A DNA stretch of 64,000 nucleotides from Candidatus Omnitrophota bacterium. Its GTDB lineage: Bacteria; Omnitrophota; Gorgyraeia; Zapsychrales; Fredricksoniimonadaceae. The stretch is from positions 17,869 through 81,868 of the forward strand of contig JBGAJA010000005.1 of the NCBI GenBank assembly GCA_044225175.1, written 5' to 3'. The notes beneath the pieces are model-generated. The model did no database searches. It was not told the DNA's origin and saw nothing but the letters and a program-made list of their open reading frames with translations. Position 1 is the stretch's first letter. Each line of letters begins with the position of its first letter. The position numbers were made by a program, and so were the translations under genes. Below, piece by piece: positions 45,901 through 53,692 of this stretch.

Positions 45901-46795
45901 AGAACATTTATCAGTAGAGGGGGCAGAAGTTGATTCTACATCGTCCCTTAAAGAAATAGGAATGTTTGATGATGATGTTATTTCTATGTTAGATATTTTA
46001 GAAGAGAGATATAGATTTGTTGTGCCAACGCAAGACATTAAATTATTTAGAAATAGACTTTCTGATGAGAAAAACAATTTAACTGTGAATGATTTTTATG
46101 CCTTGATTGAGCCTTATTGGTCTACTGATGAAGCTATGTCAGTGTTTGAAGTAAAAAAACCTATGGATAAAACGATACTTAAAGAACCTAAAAGACTTCG
46201 AGTTTTAGATTTATTGCAAGCCATTGAAGAAAAACCGGCCTCACTTATAGAAGATAAGCTGCAGGCTAGAGATTTGGCAAAAGAAATTAAAGCTGTGATA
46301 GATATGGCTACTGATCTTAGTAAGTTGAAGAGTGTATTAGAAGGTATGTGGTATGAAAACGAATACAAAGCTATCCCAAAAGAAATTCCCGAAATTAAAC
46401 AGAGTCTTGATTTAATCGATGAAATTTTTCGATTAAGAGAGCAATTATTGGTTAGCTCAGATTCGAAGATTCTTGATGATGTTATCAGCATAAAAAATCA
46501 ATTAAGTAGGCTTGTCAAAGAGGCGGTTAGGAAGGATATGGCGGATGACGCAATGAAATCTATTGAACCTCAGTATAAAGATCCCTTAGGTGGTATTGAT
46601 TTAAATGCTGCGAATTTGAATTTACAGATTAAGCGTGATGGTAATGGGGTGCCTCTTCCTATTAGTCAGCAAAATTTAGAAAGTATTCATATTGAAGGAC
46701 TGATTCCAGTGATTTTAGATATTAGACCTGCTTTGGGAGCGCTTCTTTTATCTGAATTAACCTCTGGTGTACCTCAATTATTAGCTAAAAAGTAA
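42992..46795 (+). CDS. Giant secreted modular protein 3: conserved N-domain + beta-rich, helical and ACP-like modules + conserved C-domain
   Basis: ~1267 aa from ATG 42992 (GGAG RBS); signal peptide ..GYA-K; same N-domain; C-terminal GGIDLN..LQIKRDGNGVPLP. Confidence 0.88.
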   Translation: MKTPKAISIIVLTAFLTTSLNISGYAKDVSLLPAPGVMVHLSPEFTPAHLKGIVIHPDNALKFDFIINKGDKPLDEVTKKAEYTKLIKYFLASLAVPDDNQWVNLSPYEKNRIIKEDFGKTEMGRDLLAQDYLLKQITASLIYPQDKLGQKFWDEVYAKAQQQFGTTNIPVNTFNKVWIVPDDAVIYEKGNTAYVIKHHLKVMLEEDYLSLGKHGGIQEKSIRDSNKAHAIGSQVVREVVLPQLEKEVNEGQNFAPLRQVYSGMLLAAWYKRALKESLLSKIYADKSKIKGINQDPKNNEAIYQQYLKAFKKGVFNFIKEDVDKYSKQTIPRKYFSGGTIGDGAMFAKVVRIIKTLDPAQAASLAKSLASDDLAQVMAHETQDSAMSGTEVNFSWNNGKNSFQVKRGTMLGGYKLHNILMNGKPTTVKLGNLQGSILRIEGAETLIIGKDKTSNQYVFITGDRDPSMPRNTVFYFEEGKGSAPNLLVNKSVRNGNFETIAILMPAQGVVGKQALDVQNFSDPSLLLSDETGSQKLPVGKQIKVLDYAQLTSKTAGQALSTLDLPPAIPMPGATERTIRQRIITDIHVAHVLDRIREKTNREPDPGVLDGFIDVVREESNDIRAIELAIEAILGAHIEDEYLMDSFLTELKKIDSTESANNYIYLLSGMLKDMSGLELSMNEKVRNVILNLFYIQGLNSAPEFRSQFEKWLKRFIEIGRKGRSDVEIDPMWQDIKAEDKEVFQSLPYSIGLSLYKVRIAMQSNLHINEAYRDYESTINMVNQAIAPQGASQKVLPSSLVVGTEALILNSFLTLIPFVLDSLNLLIDDFKSTSVDDKLTRVKDLLIKVEFLHGKMIQEISSESINGGMGLSQRGRDLKELLGNVDDLKVFLDEEIAKVELMLGERGNMHQIDRNKYSAQRLNRTLRMVFYSFKKRWRGLSSKLDSQGIEIEDIDNVFRLSLKRQEIVNELIQEHLSVEGAEVDSTSSLKEIGMFDDDVISMLDILEERYRFVVPTQDIKLFRNRLSDEKNNLTVNDFYALIEPYWSTDEAMSVFEVKKPMDKTILKEPKRLRVLDLLQAIEEKPASLIEDKLQARDLAKEIKAVIDMATDLSKLKSVLEGMWYENEYKAIPKEIPEIKQSLDLIDEIFRLREQLLVSSDSKILDDVISIKNQLSRLVKEAVRKDMADDAMKSIEPQYKDPLGGIDLNAANLNLQIKRDGNGVPLPISQQNLESIHIEGLIPVILDIRPALGALLLSELTSGVPQLLAKK

Positions 46796-46800
46796 TTTTA

Positions 46801-47562
46801 ATGACTGAAGATGAACTGATTTTGACCCATATTCTTGGTATTTCCCGCAGTGAGCTTTATTTACATAAGCCTCAATTGACCGAACTTCAAGAGAAACAAT
46901 TCCAATCTTATAAAGCTAGAAGACAAAAGGGAGAGCCTTTGCAGTATATTTTTGGGGACTGTGATTTTATGGGGCTTGAATTGAAGGTTGATCCAAGAGT
47001 CCTTGTGCCTCGCCCTGAGACGGAGATATTGGTTGATTTGGCTATTAAGAAATTTCATGGTGCTGAAATTTTAGATATCGGAACAGGATCAGGAAATATT
47101 GCTATTGCTTTAGCCAAGCATTTTCCAAAAGCCCATGTGATAACAATTGATGTTTCCAAGGATGCTTTGGATTTAGCTCAAGAGAATGCAAAGATTCACT
47201 CTGTGAGCAGCCAAATTGGTTTTATTCATACCAGTATTTTTGATTATGTTCCAAGTAAGAGATTTGATTTTATCATTTCTAATCCACCGTATATTCCAAG
47301 CGGAAAAATCCTCACCTTACCCATTGATGTTCAACAAGAGCCTCACTTAGCATTAGACGGTGGCATGGATGGGTTAGACTTTTACCGTGCTATTATAAAG
47401 ATGATTCCAGGCTTGATAAGACCTAAGGGTTGCCTTATGATGGAATTTGGTGACGGACAGGGTTTAGCAGTCAAAGACCTCGTACACGCGCTCCAAACAT
47501 TTTCAAATATTCAAATCCACAAGGACTTAACAGGCAGAGATCGTATTATTAGTGCAGAATAA
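46801..47562 (+). CDS. prmC: Release factor glutamine methyltransferase
   Basis: GEPLQYI, VPRPETE, LDIGTGSG, ISNPPY and ALDGG.DGL motifs. Confidence 0.96.
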   Translation: MTEDELILTHILGISRSELYLHKPQLTELQEKQFQSYKARRQKGEPLQYIFGDCDFMGLELKVDPRVLVPRPETEILVDLAIKKFHGAEILDIGTGSGNIAIALAKHFPKAHVITIDVSKDALDLAQENAKIHSVSSQIGFIHTSIFDYVPSKRFDFIISNPPYIPSGKILTLPIDVQQEPHLALDGGMDGLDFYRAIIKMIPGLIRPKGCLMMEFGDGQGLAVKDLVHALQTFSNIQIHKDLTGRDRIISAE

Positions 47563-47580
47563 TTTTAGGAGAACTGTATC

Positions 47581-48840
47581 ATGGAGAAATTTGTTATTGA
47601 AGGCGGAAAGACGCTTAAGGGAAAAATTAGAGTTAGTGGTTCTAAGAATACAACCTTGCCTATCCTTGCAGCCACGCTTTTAACGGATGGTGTCTGCGAA
47701 ATCCGTAATGTCCCCAAACTCCGTGACACTTGGACGATGTGTAAACTCCTTAGAACTCTAGGTAAAACCGTGGAAATCAGTGGTAATAAAGTCACCATTT
47801 CAGGTGCAGCTAATACTCATATTGCCGATTATAAATTAGTCTCAACCATGCGTGGGTCATTTTGTGTCTTAGGCCCTTTATTGGCCAAACTCGGCAAAGC
47901 GAAAGTTTCTATGCCTGGAGGCTGTGTTATTGGGGTGCGGCCTGTTGATTTGCATATGAAGGGTATTTTAGCCTTAGGAGCTAAAGCGGATTTTGAAGGC
48001 GGGGATGTCATTGCAAGTGCTTCCAAGCTTAAAGGGACTCAAATGTACTTAGGAGGAATATTTGGCTCATCTGTTCTAGCCACAGCGAACGTTATGATGG
48101 CAGCATCTTTAGCTCACGGAGAAACAATTATTGAATGTGCGGCAAGTGAACCTGAGATGGAAGAGCTTGGAAATTTTTTAAGTGCAATGGGAGCTAAGAT
48201 TTCGGGACATGGAACCTCGCGCATTGTTATTAATGGTGTACGAAAACTTAATGGGGCTAACTATCGTATTGGATCAGACCGTATTGAAGCAGGCACGTTT
48301 TTAATTATGGCTGCTGCTGCCAAGAGTGATATCTTAGTTGAAGATGTTCAATACAATCATTTGTTGGCCCTCATTGATAAACTTCAAAGTATTGGTGTGT
48401 ACGTTAAGAAAGAAGGCAGTGATATTCGTATTCGTTGTAAGAAGATATTAAAACCGGCCAATGTGGTGACTCACCCTCATCCAGGTTTTCCTACAGATCT
48501 TCAAGCACAATACATGACATTAATGGCTTTAACGCCAGGTGTGAGTATTGTAACTGATAGAGTTTTTCCAGATCGTTTTATGCATATTTCAGAATTAAAT
48601 CGTATGGGCGCCCAGATTCGCCGCGACTCAGGAAGCGCCATCATTGAAGGGGTTAAGCAATTGTATGGAGCGCCTGTTATGGCATCCGACCTTCGTGCCT
48701 CAGCTGCTCTTGTCATTGCAGGATTGGTTGCCAAGGGTAAGACGGAAATTCATCGTATTTATCATTTGGACCGTGGTTATGAAGATTTAGACCAGAAATT
48801 GACCCAATTGGGTGCAAAGGTGTTTAGAGAGAAGGAATAA
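47581..48840 (+). CDS. murA: UDP-N-acetylglucosamine 1-carboxyvinyltransferase
   Basis: GSKN, PGGCVIG.RPVDLH, DRIEAGT, PGFPTDLQ, DLRASA and HLDRGYE motifs. Confidence 0.97.
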   Translation: MEKFVIEGGKTLKGKIRVSGSKNTTLPILAATLLTDGVCEIRNVPKLRDTWTMCKLLRTLGKTVEISGNKVTISGAANTHIADYKLVSTMRGSFCVLGPLLAKLGKAKVSMPGGCVIGVRPVDLHMKGILALGAKADFEGGDVIASASKLKGTQMYLGGIFGSSVLATANVMMAASLAHGETIIECAASEPEMEELGNFLSAMGAKISGHGTSRIVINGVRKLNGANYRIGSDRIEAGTFLIMAAAAKSDILVEDVQYNHLLALIDKLQSIGVYVKKEGSDIRIRCKKILKPANVVTHPHPGFPTDLQAQYMTLMALTPGVSIVTDRVFPDRFMHISELNRMGAQIRRDSGSAIIEGVKQLYGAPVMASDLRASAALVIAGLVAKGKTEIHRIYHLDRGYEDLDQKLTQLGAKVFREKE

Positions 48841-48843
48841 GAC

Positions 48844-49410
48844 ATGATTCTCATGATCGACAATTACGATTCATTTACCTATAACCTCGTCCAGTATTTT
48901 GGAGAATTAAAAGCTGATATGAAGGTGTATCGTAATGATGAACTTACTCTTGCAGATATTCGACGTATGAAACCTGAAAAGATAGTAATCTCTCCGGGGC
49001 CTGGTCGACCTGAAGATGCGGGGATTTCAGTGGATGTAATTAAGAAGCTTTCAGGAGAATTCCCAATTCTTGGTGTTTGTTTAGGTCATCAGGGGATAGG
49101 ATATGCTTTTGGTGCTAAGATCACTAACGCTAAACATTTGATGCACGGTAAGACGTCTCCCATTGAACATAGGGATACGGATGTTTTTAAAGGTTTGTCC
49201 CATCCCTTTGATGCAACGCGGTATCATTCGCTTGTCATTGATCGTAAAACCTTGCCAGATTGTTTGGAAGTGACAGCCTGGACAACCGATGATCAGGAAA
49301 TCATGGGGGTCCGTCACAAAACTTTACCGCTATGGGGTGTGCAATTTCATCCTGAATCCATACTTACAAAAGAAGGAAAGAATATCCTCAAGAATTTTCT
49401 TAAACTCTGA
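48844..49410 (+). CDS. trpG: Anthranilate/aminodeoxychorismate synthase component II
   Basis: [23 protein letters not shown] and QFHPES motifs. Confidence 0.93.
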   Translation: MILMIDNYDSFTYNLVQYFGELKADMKVYRNDELTLADIRRMKPEKIVISPGPGRPEDAGISVDVIKKLSGEFPILGVCLGHQGIGYAFGAKITNAKHLMHGKTSPIEHRDTDVFKGLSHPFDATRYHSLVIDRKTLPDCLEVTAWTTDDQEIMGVRHKTLPLWGVQFHPESILTKEGKNILKNFLKL

Positions 49411-50423
49411 TGCGTAACTACATTGATAAAATTAATAGCCATAAAAATTTAACTCATGATGAAATTACGGTTGTCATGGAGCTTATCATGTCAGGCCATG
49501 CGCCTCTTGAAGAGGTTGGCGATTTTTTACTGGCACTGAACGCTAAAGGCCCTACCGTTGAGGAGATTACTGCATGTGCATTAATTATGCGCAAGTTTGT
49601 TGTTCCTATTAAAACAACTCATAATGTGGTTCTAGATACATGTGGGACAGGTGGGGACCACAAAGGTACATTTAATATTTCAACAGCTGCTGCTTTTGTT
49701 ATTGCCTCGTGTGGCGTTGCAGTTGCTAAACATGGAAACCGTTCGGTATCTAGCAAATGTGGTTCTGCGGATGTGTTAGAAGCTCTAGGGATCAATGTGG
49801 ATTTGACTGACTCAAGAGTGAGTGCTTGTTTAGATCACGTAGGTATCGCATTCTTATTTGCTCCAAATCTTCATCCAGCCATGAAAAATGTTGCACCTGT
49901 GCGAAAAAGTCTTGGTGTGAAGACAATCTTTAATATTCTTGGACCTTTGACTAATCCTGCATCTGCTACACATCAAATCGTTGGAGTTTATAGTAGGGAT
50001 TTGGTCGAGCCGATTGCAAATGTACTTAAACACTTAGGAATTAAACGTGCGCTTGTAGTTCATGGAGATGATGGATTAGATGAAGTGACCACAACAGATA
50101 AAACGTTTATTGCTGAATTTAATGGAAAAGAAATTATTTCTTATGATATTGATCCTCAAGAATTAGGAATTATGCGTGCTAGTCCTGAAGATTTAATGGG
50201 TGGAGATAAGCATGAAAACGCTTCTATTCTGGAAACCATTTTAAGTGGACAAAAGGGTCCTAAAAGAGACATTGTCCTTCTGAATTCTGCCTATGGTCTG
50301 TATACCGCAGGAGCTGTAGATAATATCACTTTTGGTCTTCAGATGGCTGAGCATGCGATTGATTCTGGGCGTGCCTTGATGAAATTAAATGAATTAAAGG
50401 AGTCGACTAACCGTGTCTGGTGA
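49410..50423 (+). CDS. trpD: Anthranilate phosphoribosyltransferase
   Basis: DTCGTGGD..TFNIST, KHGNRSVSSKCGSAD and GLDE motifs. Confidence 0.97.
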   Translation: MRNYIDKINSHKNLTHDEITVVMELIMSGHAPLEEVGDFLLALNAKGPTVEEITACALIMRKFVVPIKTTHNVVLDTCGTGGDHKGTFNISTAAAFVIASCGVAVAKHGNRSVSSKCGSADVLEALGINVDLTDSRVSACLDHVGIAFLFAPNLHPAMKNVAPVRKSLGVKTIFNILGPLTNPASATHQIVGVYSRDLVEPIANVLKHLGIKRALVVHGDDGLDEVTTTDKTFIAEFNGKEIISYDIDPQELGIMRASPEDLMGGDKHENASILETILSGQKGPKRDIVLLNSAYGLYTAGAVDNITFGLQMAEHAIDSGRALMKLNELKESTNRVW

Positions 50424-51207
50424 TTTTTTAAAGAAAATTGAGAGCCATAAGCTAGGCATTATTAAAGCTAAAAAGGATTATTACGAGAATCTTAAGAAGA
50501 ATATGAAGCGTGCGACATATAATCGCTATGAGATCTTCAAGAAAGCTATCTCTCGACCGGGACAAGTTAATTTAATTGCTGAAATAAAAAAAGCTTCTCC
50601 TTCAGCAGGTCTTATTCGTCAAGACTTTGAAGTCTCTAGAATTGCCAAAATCTATGTGGAGAATAAAGCGGCTGCTCTTTCTGTATTGACGGAGGAAAAG
50701 TATTTCTTAGGCGGTTTTCCTTATTTGGAAAAGGTAAGCGATGAGTTTCCAGTGCCTACACTTATGAAAGACTTTATTATTCATGAGTATCAGATTTTTG
50801 AAGGCGCTTTTTATGGGGCATCGGCTGTTTTATTGATTGTGGATATGCTTGAAGATAATCAATTGCGTGATTTGATTGCTGTTGCTCATTCATTAGGAAT
50901 AGATTGTTTAGTGGAAGCTCAAACTGAAAAAGAGGTTGAGCGAGCCTTGGACGCAGATTGTGAAGTCATTGGAATTAATAACCGTAATTTGCGCACCTTA
51001 GAGATGGATCAAGAGAATTTTTTTCGTTTAGTTAAAGAAATTCCTAAAGGAAAGATCATTGTTGCTGAAAGTGGACTTAAGACCCATGAAGATATTAAAA
51101 GAGTAGGGGAGGCAGGAGCACACGCAGTTTTAATCGGAGAAACATTTATGAAAGCTAATGACATTGGCGCTAAGATGAAGGAGATCATGGGTTATGGTAA
51201 GAATTAA
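50413..51207 (+). CDS. trpC: Indole-3-glycerol phosphate synthase
   Basis: IAEIKKASPS, SVLTE, KDFII, GINNRNL and AESG motifs. Confidence 0.96.
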   Translation: MSGDFLKKIESHKLGIIKAKKDYYENLKKNMKRATYNRYEIFKKAISRPGQVNLIAEIKKASPSAGLIRQDFEVSRIAKIYVENKAAALSVLTEEKYFLGGFPYLEKVSDEFPVPTLMKDFIIHEYQIFEGAFYGASAVLLIVDMLEDNQLRDLIAVAHSLGIDCLVEAQTEKEVERALDADCEVIGINNRNLRTLEMDQENFFRLVKEIPKGKIIVAESGLKTHEDIKRVGEAGAHAVLIGETFMKANDIGAKMKEIMGYGKN

Positions 51208-51841
51208 AGTTTGTGGGATTACGAATGAAAAAGATGCATTGAAGGCAGCCAATTTGGGTGCATGGGCTGTTGGTTTTATTTTTTATAAGAAAAGTCCAAG
51301 ATTTATAAGCCCCTTTAAGGCCAAGAAGATCATTGATGCCTTACCGCCTTTTGTGACACCGGTGGGTGTATTCGTGAACCATAATGCGGGGGCCATGAAA
51401 GATATTATCAATCATTGCGGTTTAAGAGCAGTTCAACTGCATGGAGATGAGGATCACCATTTCTGTCACCGTCTTCGCCGTTACAATGTAAAGATCATTA
51501 AAGCCTTTGGTATAGGAGAAGGTTTTGACCCTAGAGTTCTTGAGCCTTACAAAGTCGATGCGTTTTTATTTGATACTTTGGATAAAGAGAATCATGGTGG
51601 TACAGGAAGGACATTTGATTGGAATCTCTTAAGAGAAATCAAATCCATGAATGTTCCCATTATTCTTTCAGGCGGCTTAAATAGTCAAAATGTGATTGAG
51701 CCAGTCAATGAGCTTAAACCATATGCCGTGGATGTTAATAGTGGTGTAGAGCAAGCTCCAGGAATTAAAGATGCTGCAAAGATGAAGCAATTTATTGACG
51801 TTGTGACTTACATTACTGGACCTAAGGTCAGAGAATCTTAA
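51194..51841 (+). CDS. trpF: Phosphoribosylanthranilate isomerase
   Basis: KVCGIT, VQLHGDE, GGTGRTFDW and DVNSGVE motifs. Confidence 0.96.
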   Translation: MVRIKVCGITNEKDALKAANLGAWAVGFIFYKKSPRFISPFKAKKIIDALPPFVTPVGVFVNHNAGAMKDIINHCGLRAVQLHGDEDHHFCHRLRRYNVKIIKAFGIGEGFDPRVLEPYKVDAFLFDTLDKENHGGTGRTFDWNLLREIKSMNVPIILSGGLNSQNVIEPVNELKPYAVDVNSGVEQAPGIKDAAKMKQFIDVVTYITGPKVRES

Positions 51842-51845
51842 ATAA

Positions 51846-52916
51846 ATGCGTACGCATATTCCTAAGGATGACATTTCAGTCATCATTCAGTTAGCTGGAC
51901 AAGAAATTCGTCAGTTCCTTTCTTCAGCCAAACCCGAAGACTTTCGGGGTGAGGCCAAGTCTGCAATTGCTTTATATCAAAAAGATTCTAATCTTTTTAC
52001 AGATAAACATTTGATTGAATATGGCACAAATATTGAAAAGGCCATTGATCATCCCATGAGAATTGAAGTTAGGCATATCACATCCTATGGAGCTGCTCAA
52101 GTGGTGGCTAAAGGAGTGTGGGGGGCGCCTTTACGTCAAGAAGTGATCAAAAGAATTCGAGAAGAATTAAAAACATATGATAAAGATATTGAGGTCAGAT
52201 TAGCTGGAACTTCTTCTTTTGAGTTTAATGTAAAAGGTATTAATAAGTCTTCTTCCATTCGTTTCTTGCGCTATGCCTGGGGAGATGTTTTAGATCAGAT
52301 GAAATATACAGCCGGTCCTTATATTGACAGTCGAAAGACCAATACCATAATTGCCGCTGATGGAGACGGGACGATTTATGACGGCCCTAAAGCAGGCCAT
52401 GATCTTCCAACAATGGCGAAAAGTCCTGCAAGGGATGCTTTAATTGCATGGCTGGAGGCAGGCGGTATATTTATGCTGAATTCCGGCAATGAACTACAAC
52501 GCAACGTCCTTCGCATTAAAGATGGTATTCCTGCTCATTTGTTTAATCGTATTCTAGTTTCAGGAAATGGTGGAGCTGATTTAGTGTGTTTTGATGAAGC
52601 TCAGCAGCCTGTGTTTGTGAGAAGATTTAACGATTTCGCTATTCATAAATTGGATCCTAAATATACGTTGGATATTGTTTATCTAGGAGATGACGGCAGT
52701 CAAGATGGCAATGACTGGGCAGCTTTTAAAGAGGTAGGTTTCGAACGTGCAGTATTAGTTTCCAGAGACTTCAAACGTCATTACGATGCCGGTTTAAGAG
52801 TTGGTTATGTCGGGCATTTGGTTAGAGGTACCAAAAGATATTTCGAAATAGCCACTCTAAAAGCCAAAAATAACCGCCGAGGCAAAGGCTTTCTATCTGC
52901 CTGGGCCGTTTCATAA
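51846..52916 (+). CDS. HAD-superfamily (class IIB-like) hydrolase with rearranged motif order
   Basis: DGDGT (motif I), NSG (II), KGINK (III) and YLGDDG..GND (IV) are all present. Confidence 0.65.
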   Translation: MRTHIPKDDISVIIQLAGQEIRQFLSSAKPEDFRGEAKSAIALYQKDSNLFTDKHLIEYGTNIEKAIDHPMRIEVRHITSYGAAQVVAKGVWGAPLRQEVIKRIREELKTYDKDIEVRLAGTSSFEFNVKGINKSSSIRFLRYAWGDVLDQMKYTAGPYIDSRKTNTIIAADGDGTIYDGPKAGHDLPTMAKSPARDALIAWLEAGGIFMLNSGNELQRNVLRIKDGIPAHLFNRILVSGNGGADLVCFDEAQQPVFVRRFNDFAIHKLDPKYTLDIVYLGDDGSQDGNDWAAFKEVGFERAVLVSRDFKRHYDAGLRVGYVGHLVRGTKRYFEIATLKAKNNRRGKGFLSAWAVS

Positions 52917-52962
52917 ATGCTGATAGACACCAAAATAAGAAAAATGGTGCCTGTCACCATTT
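52915..52962. repeat. Degenerate inverted pair of short palindromes (GGTGCCTGTCACC type)
   Basis: AAATGCTGATAGACACCA ... AAATGGTGCCTGTCACCATTT; resembles the GGTGTCTGACACC family. Confidence 0.55.
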
Positions 52963-52981
52963 ATTCAATTAGAATATTTCC

Positions 52982-53692
52982 ATGTCATTAGTCCTTTCAA
53001 AAAATGATTCGCCTAAAATGTTTGATGAAATCGCTCATAAGTATGATTTCCTCAATCGGCTTTTGTCTTTGGGGCAAGACGAGGCTTGGCGTTATCAAAT
53101 CAGAAGATGTTTACCTCAAAAAAATAGTTATGATCTTTTAGATATAGCAACTGGCACAGGGGATGTGATTTTGACCTTGGTCAAAGATAATTCATCGGTG
53201 CGCTCAGCTTATGGAGTAGATTTATCTGAAGGAATGCTTGAAATTGCAAAGGTCAAGGTTAAGGCGGCTAATTTACAGTCAAAAATCACTATTCAAAAAG
53301 CTGATGCTCAGGCTCTTCCATTTGTGGAAGGGAGTTTTGATGCTGTTACGATTTCCTTTGGCATTAGAAATATTCCAGATTTACGTTTAGCTCTTCTTGA
53401 AATGTATCGTGTTCTTAAGAAAGATGGGCGTGTGATTATCTTAGAGTTTTCCTTGCCCCAGAATATCTTCATCAGAACAGGCCACTGGTTTTATATTAAT
53501 ATTTTTGTTCCAATTGTTGGTTATATCTTCTCGGGACACAATAGTGCTTATCGATACTTGGCTCAAACAATCGAAACTTTTCCTTATGGAGATCGCTTTT
53601 GCAGGATCCTAAAGCAAATGGGATTTGTGAATGTTCAATCTAAAACTTTAATGGGCGGGGTTGCTACCGTTTATTGGGCAGATAAAGAATAA
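52982..53692 (+). CDS. menG: Demethylmenaquinone methyltransferase (UbiE/MenG)
   Basis: MFDEIA.KYD.LN, LDIATGTGD, SFGIRN, ILEFS and YRYL motifs; adjacent to menF/menD. Confidence 0.92.
   Translation: MSLVLSKNDSPKMFDEIAHKYDFLNRLLSLGQDEAWRYQIRRCLPQKNSYDLLDIATGTGDVILTLVKDNSSVRSAYGVDLSEGMLEIAKVKVKAANLQSKITIQKADAQALPFVEGSFDAVTISFGIRNIPDLRLALLEMYRVLKKDGRVIILEFSLPQNIFIRTGHWFYINIFVPIVGYIFSGHNSAYRYLAQTIETFPYGDRFCRILKQMGFVNVQSKTLMGGVATVYWADKE

Noticed and set aside
12650-46795. Giant genes as NRPS/PKS, RHS/CDI toxins, inteins or DGR targets
   Set aside because: No condensation, adenylation or KS motifs, YD or haemagglutinin repeats, intein termini, reverse transcriptase or template-repeat pair is visible.
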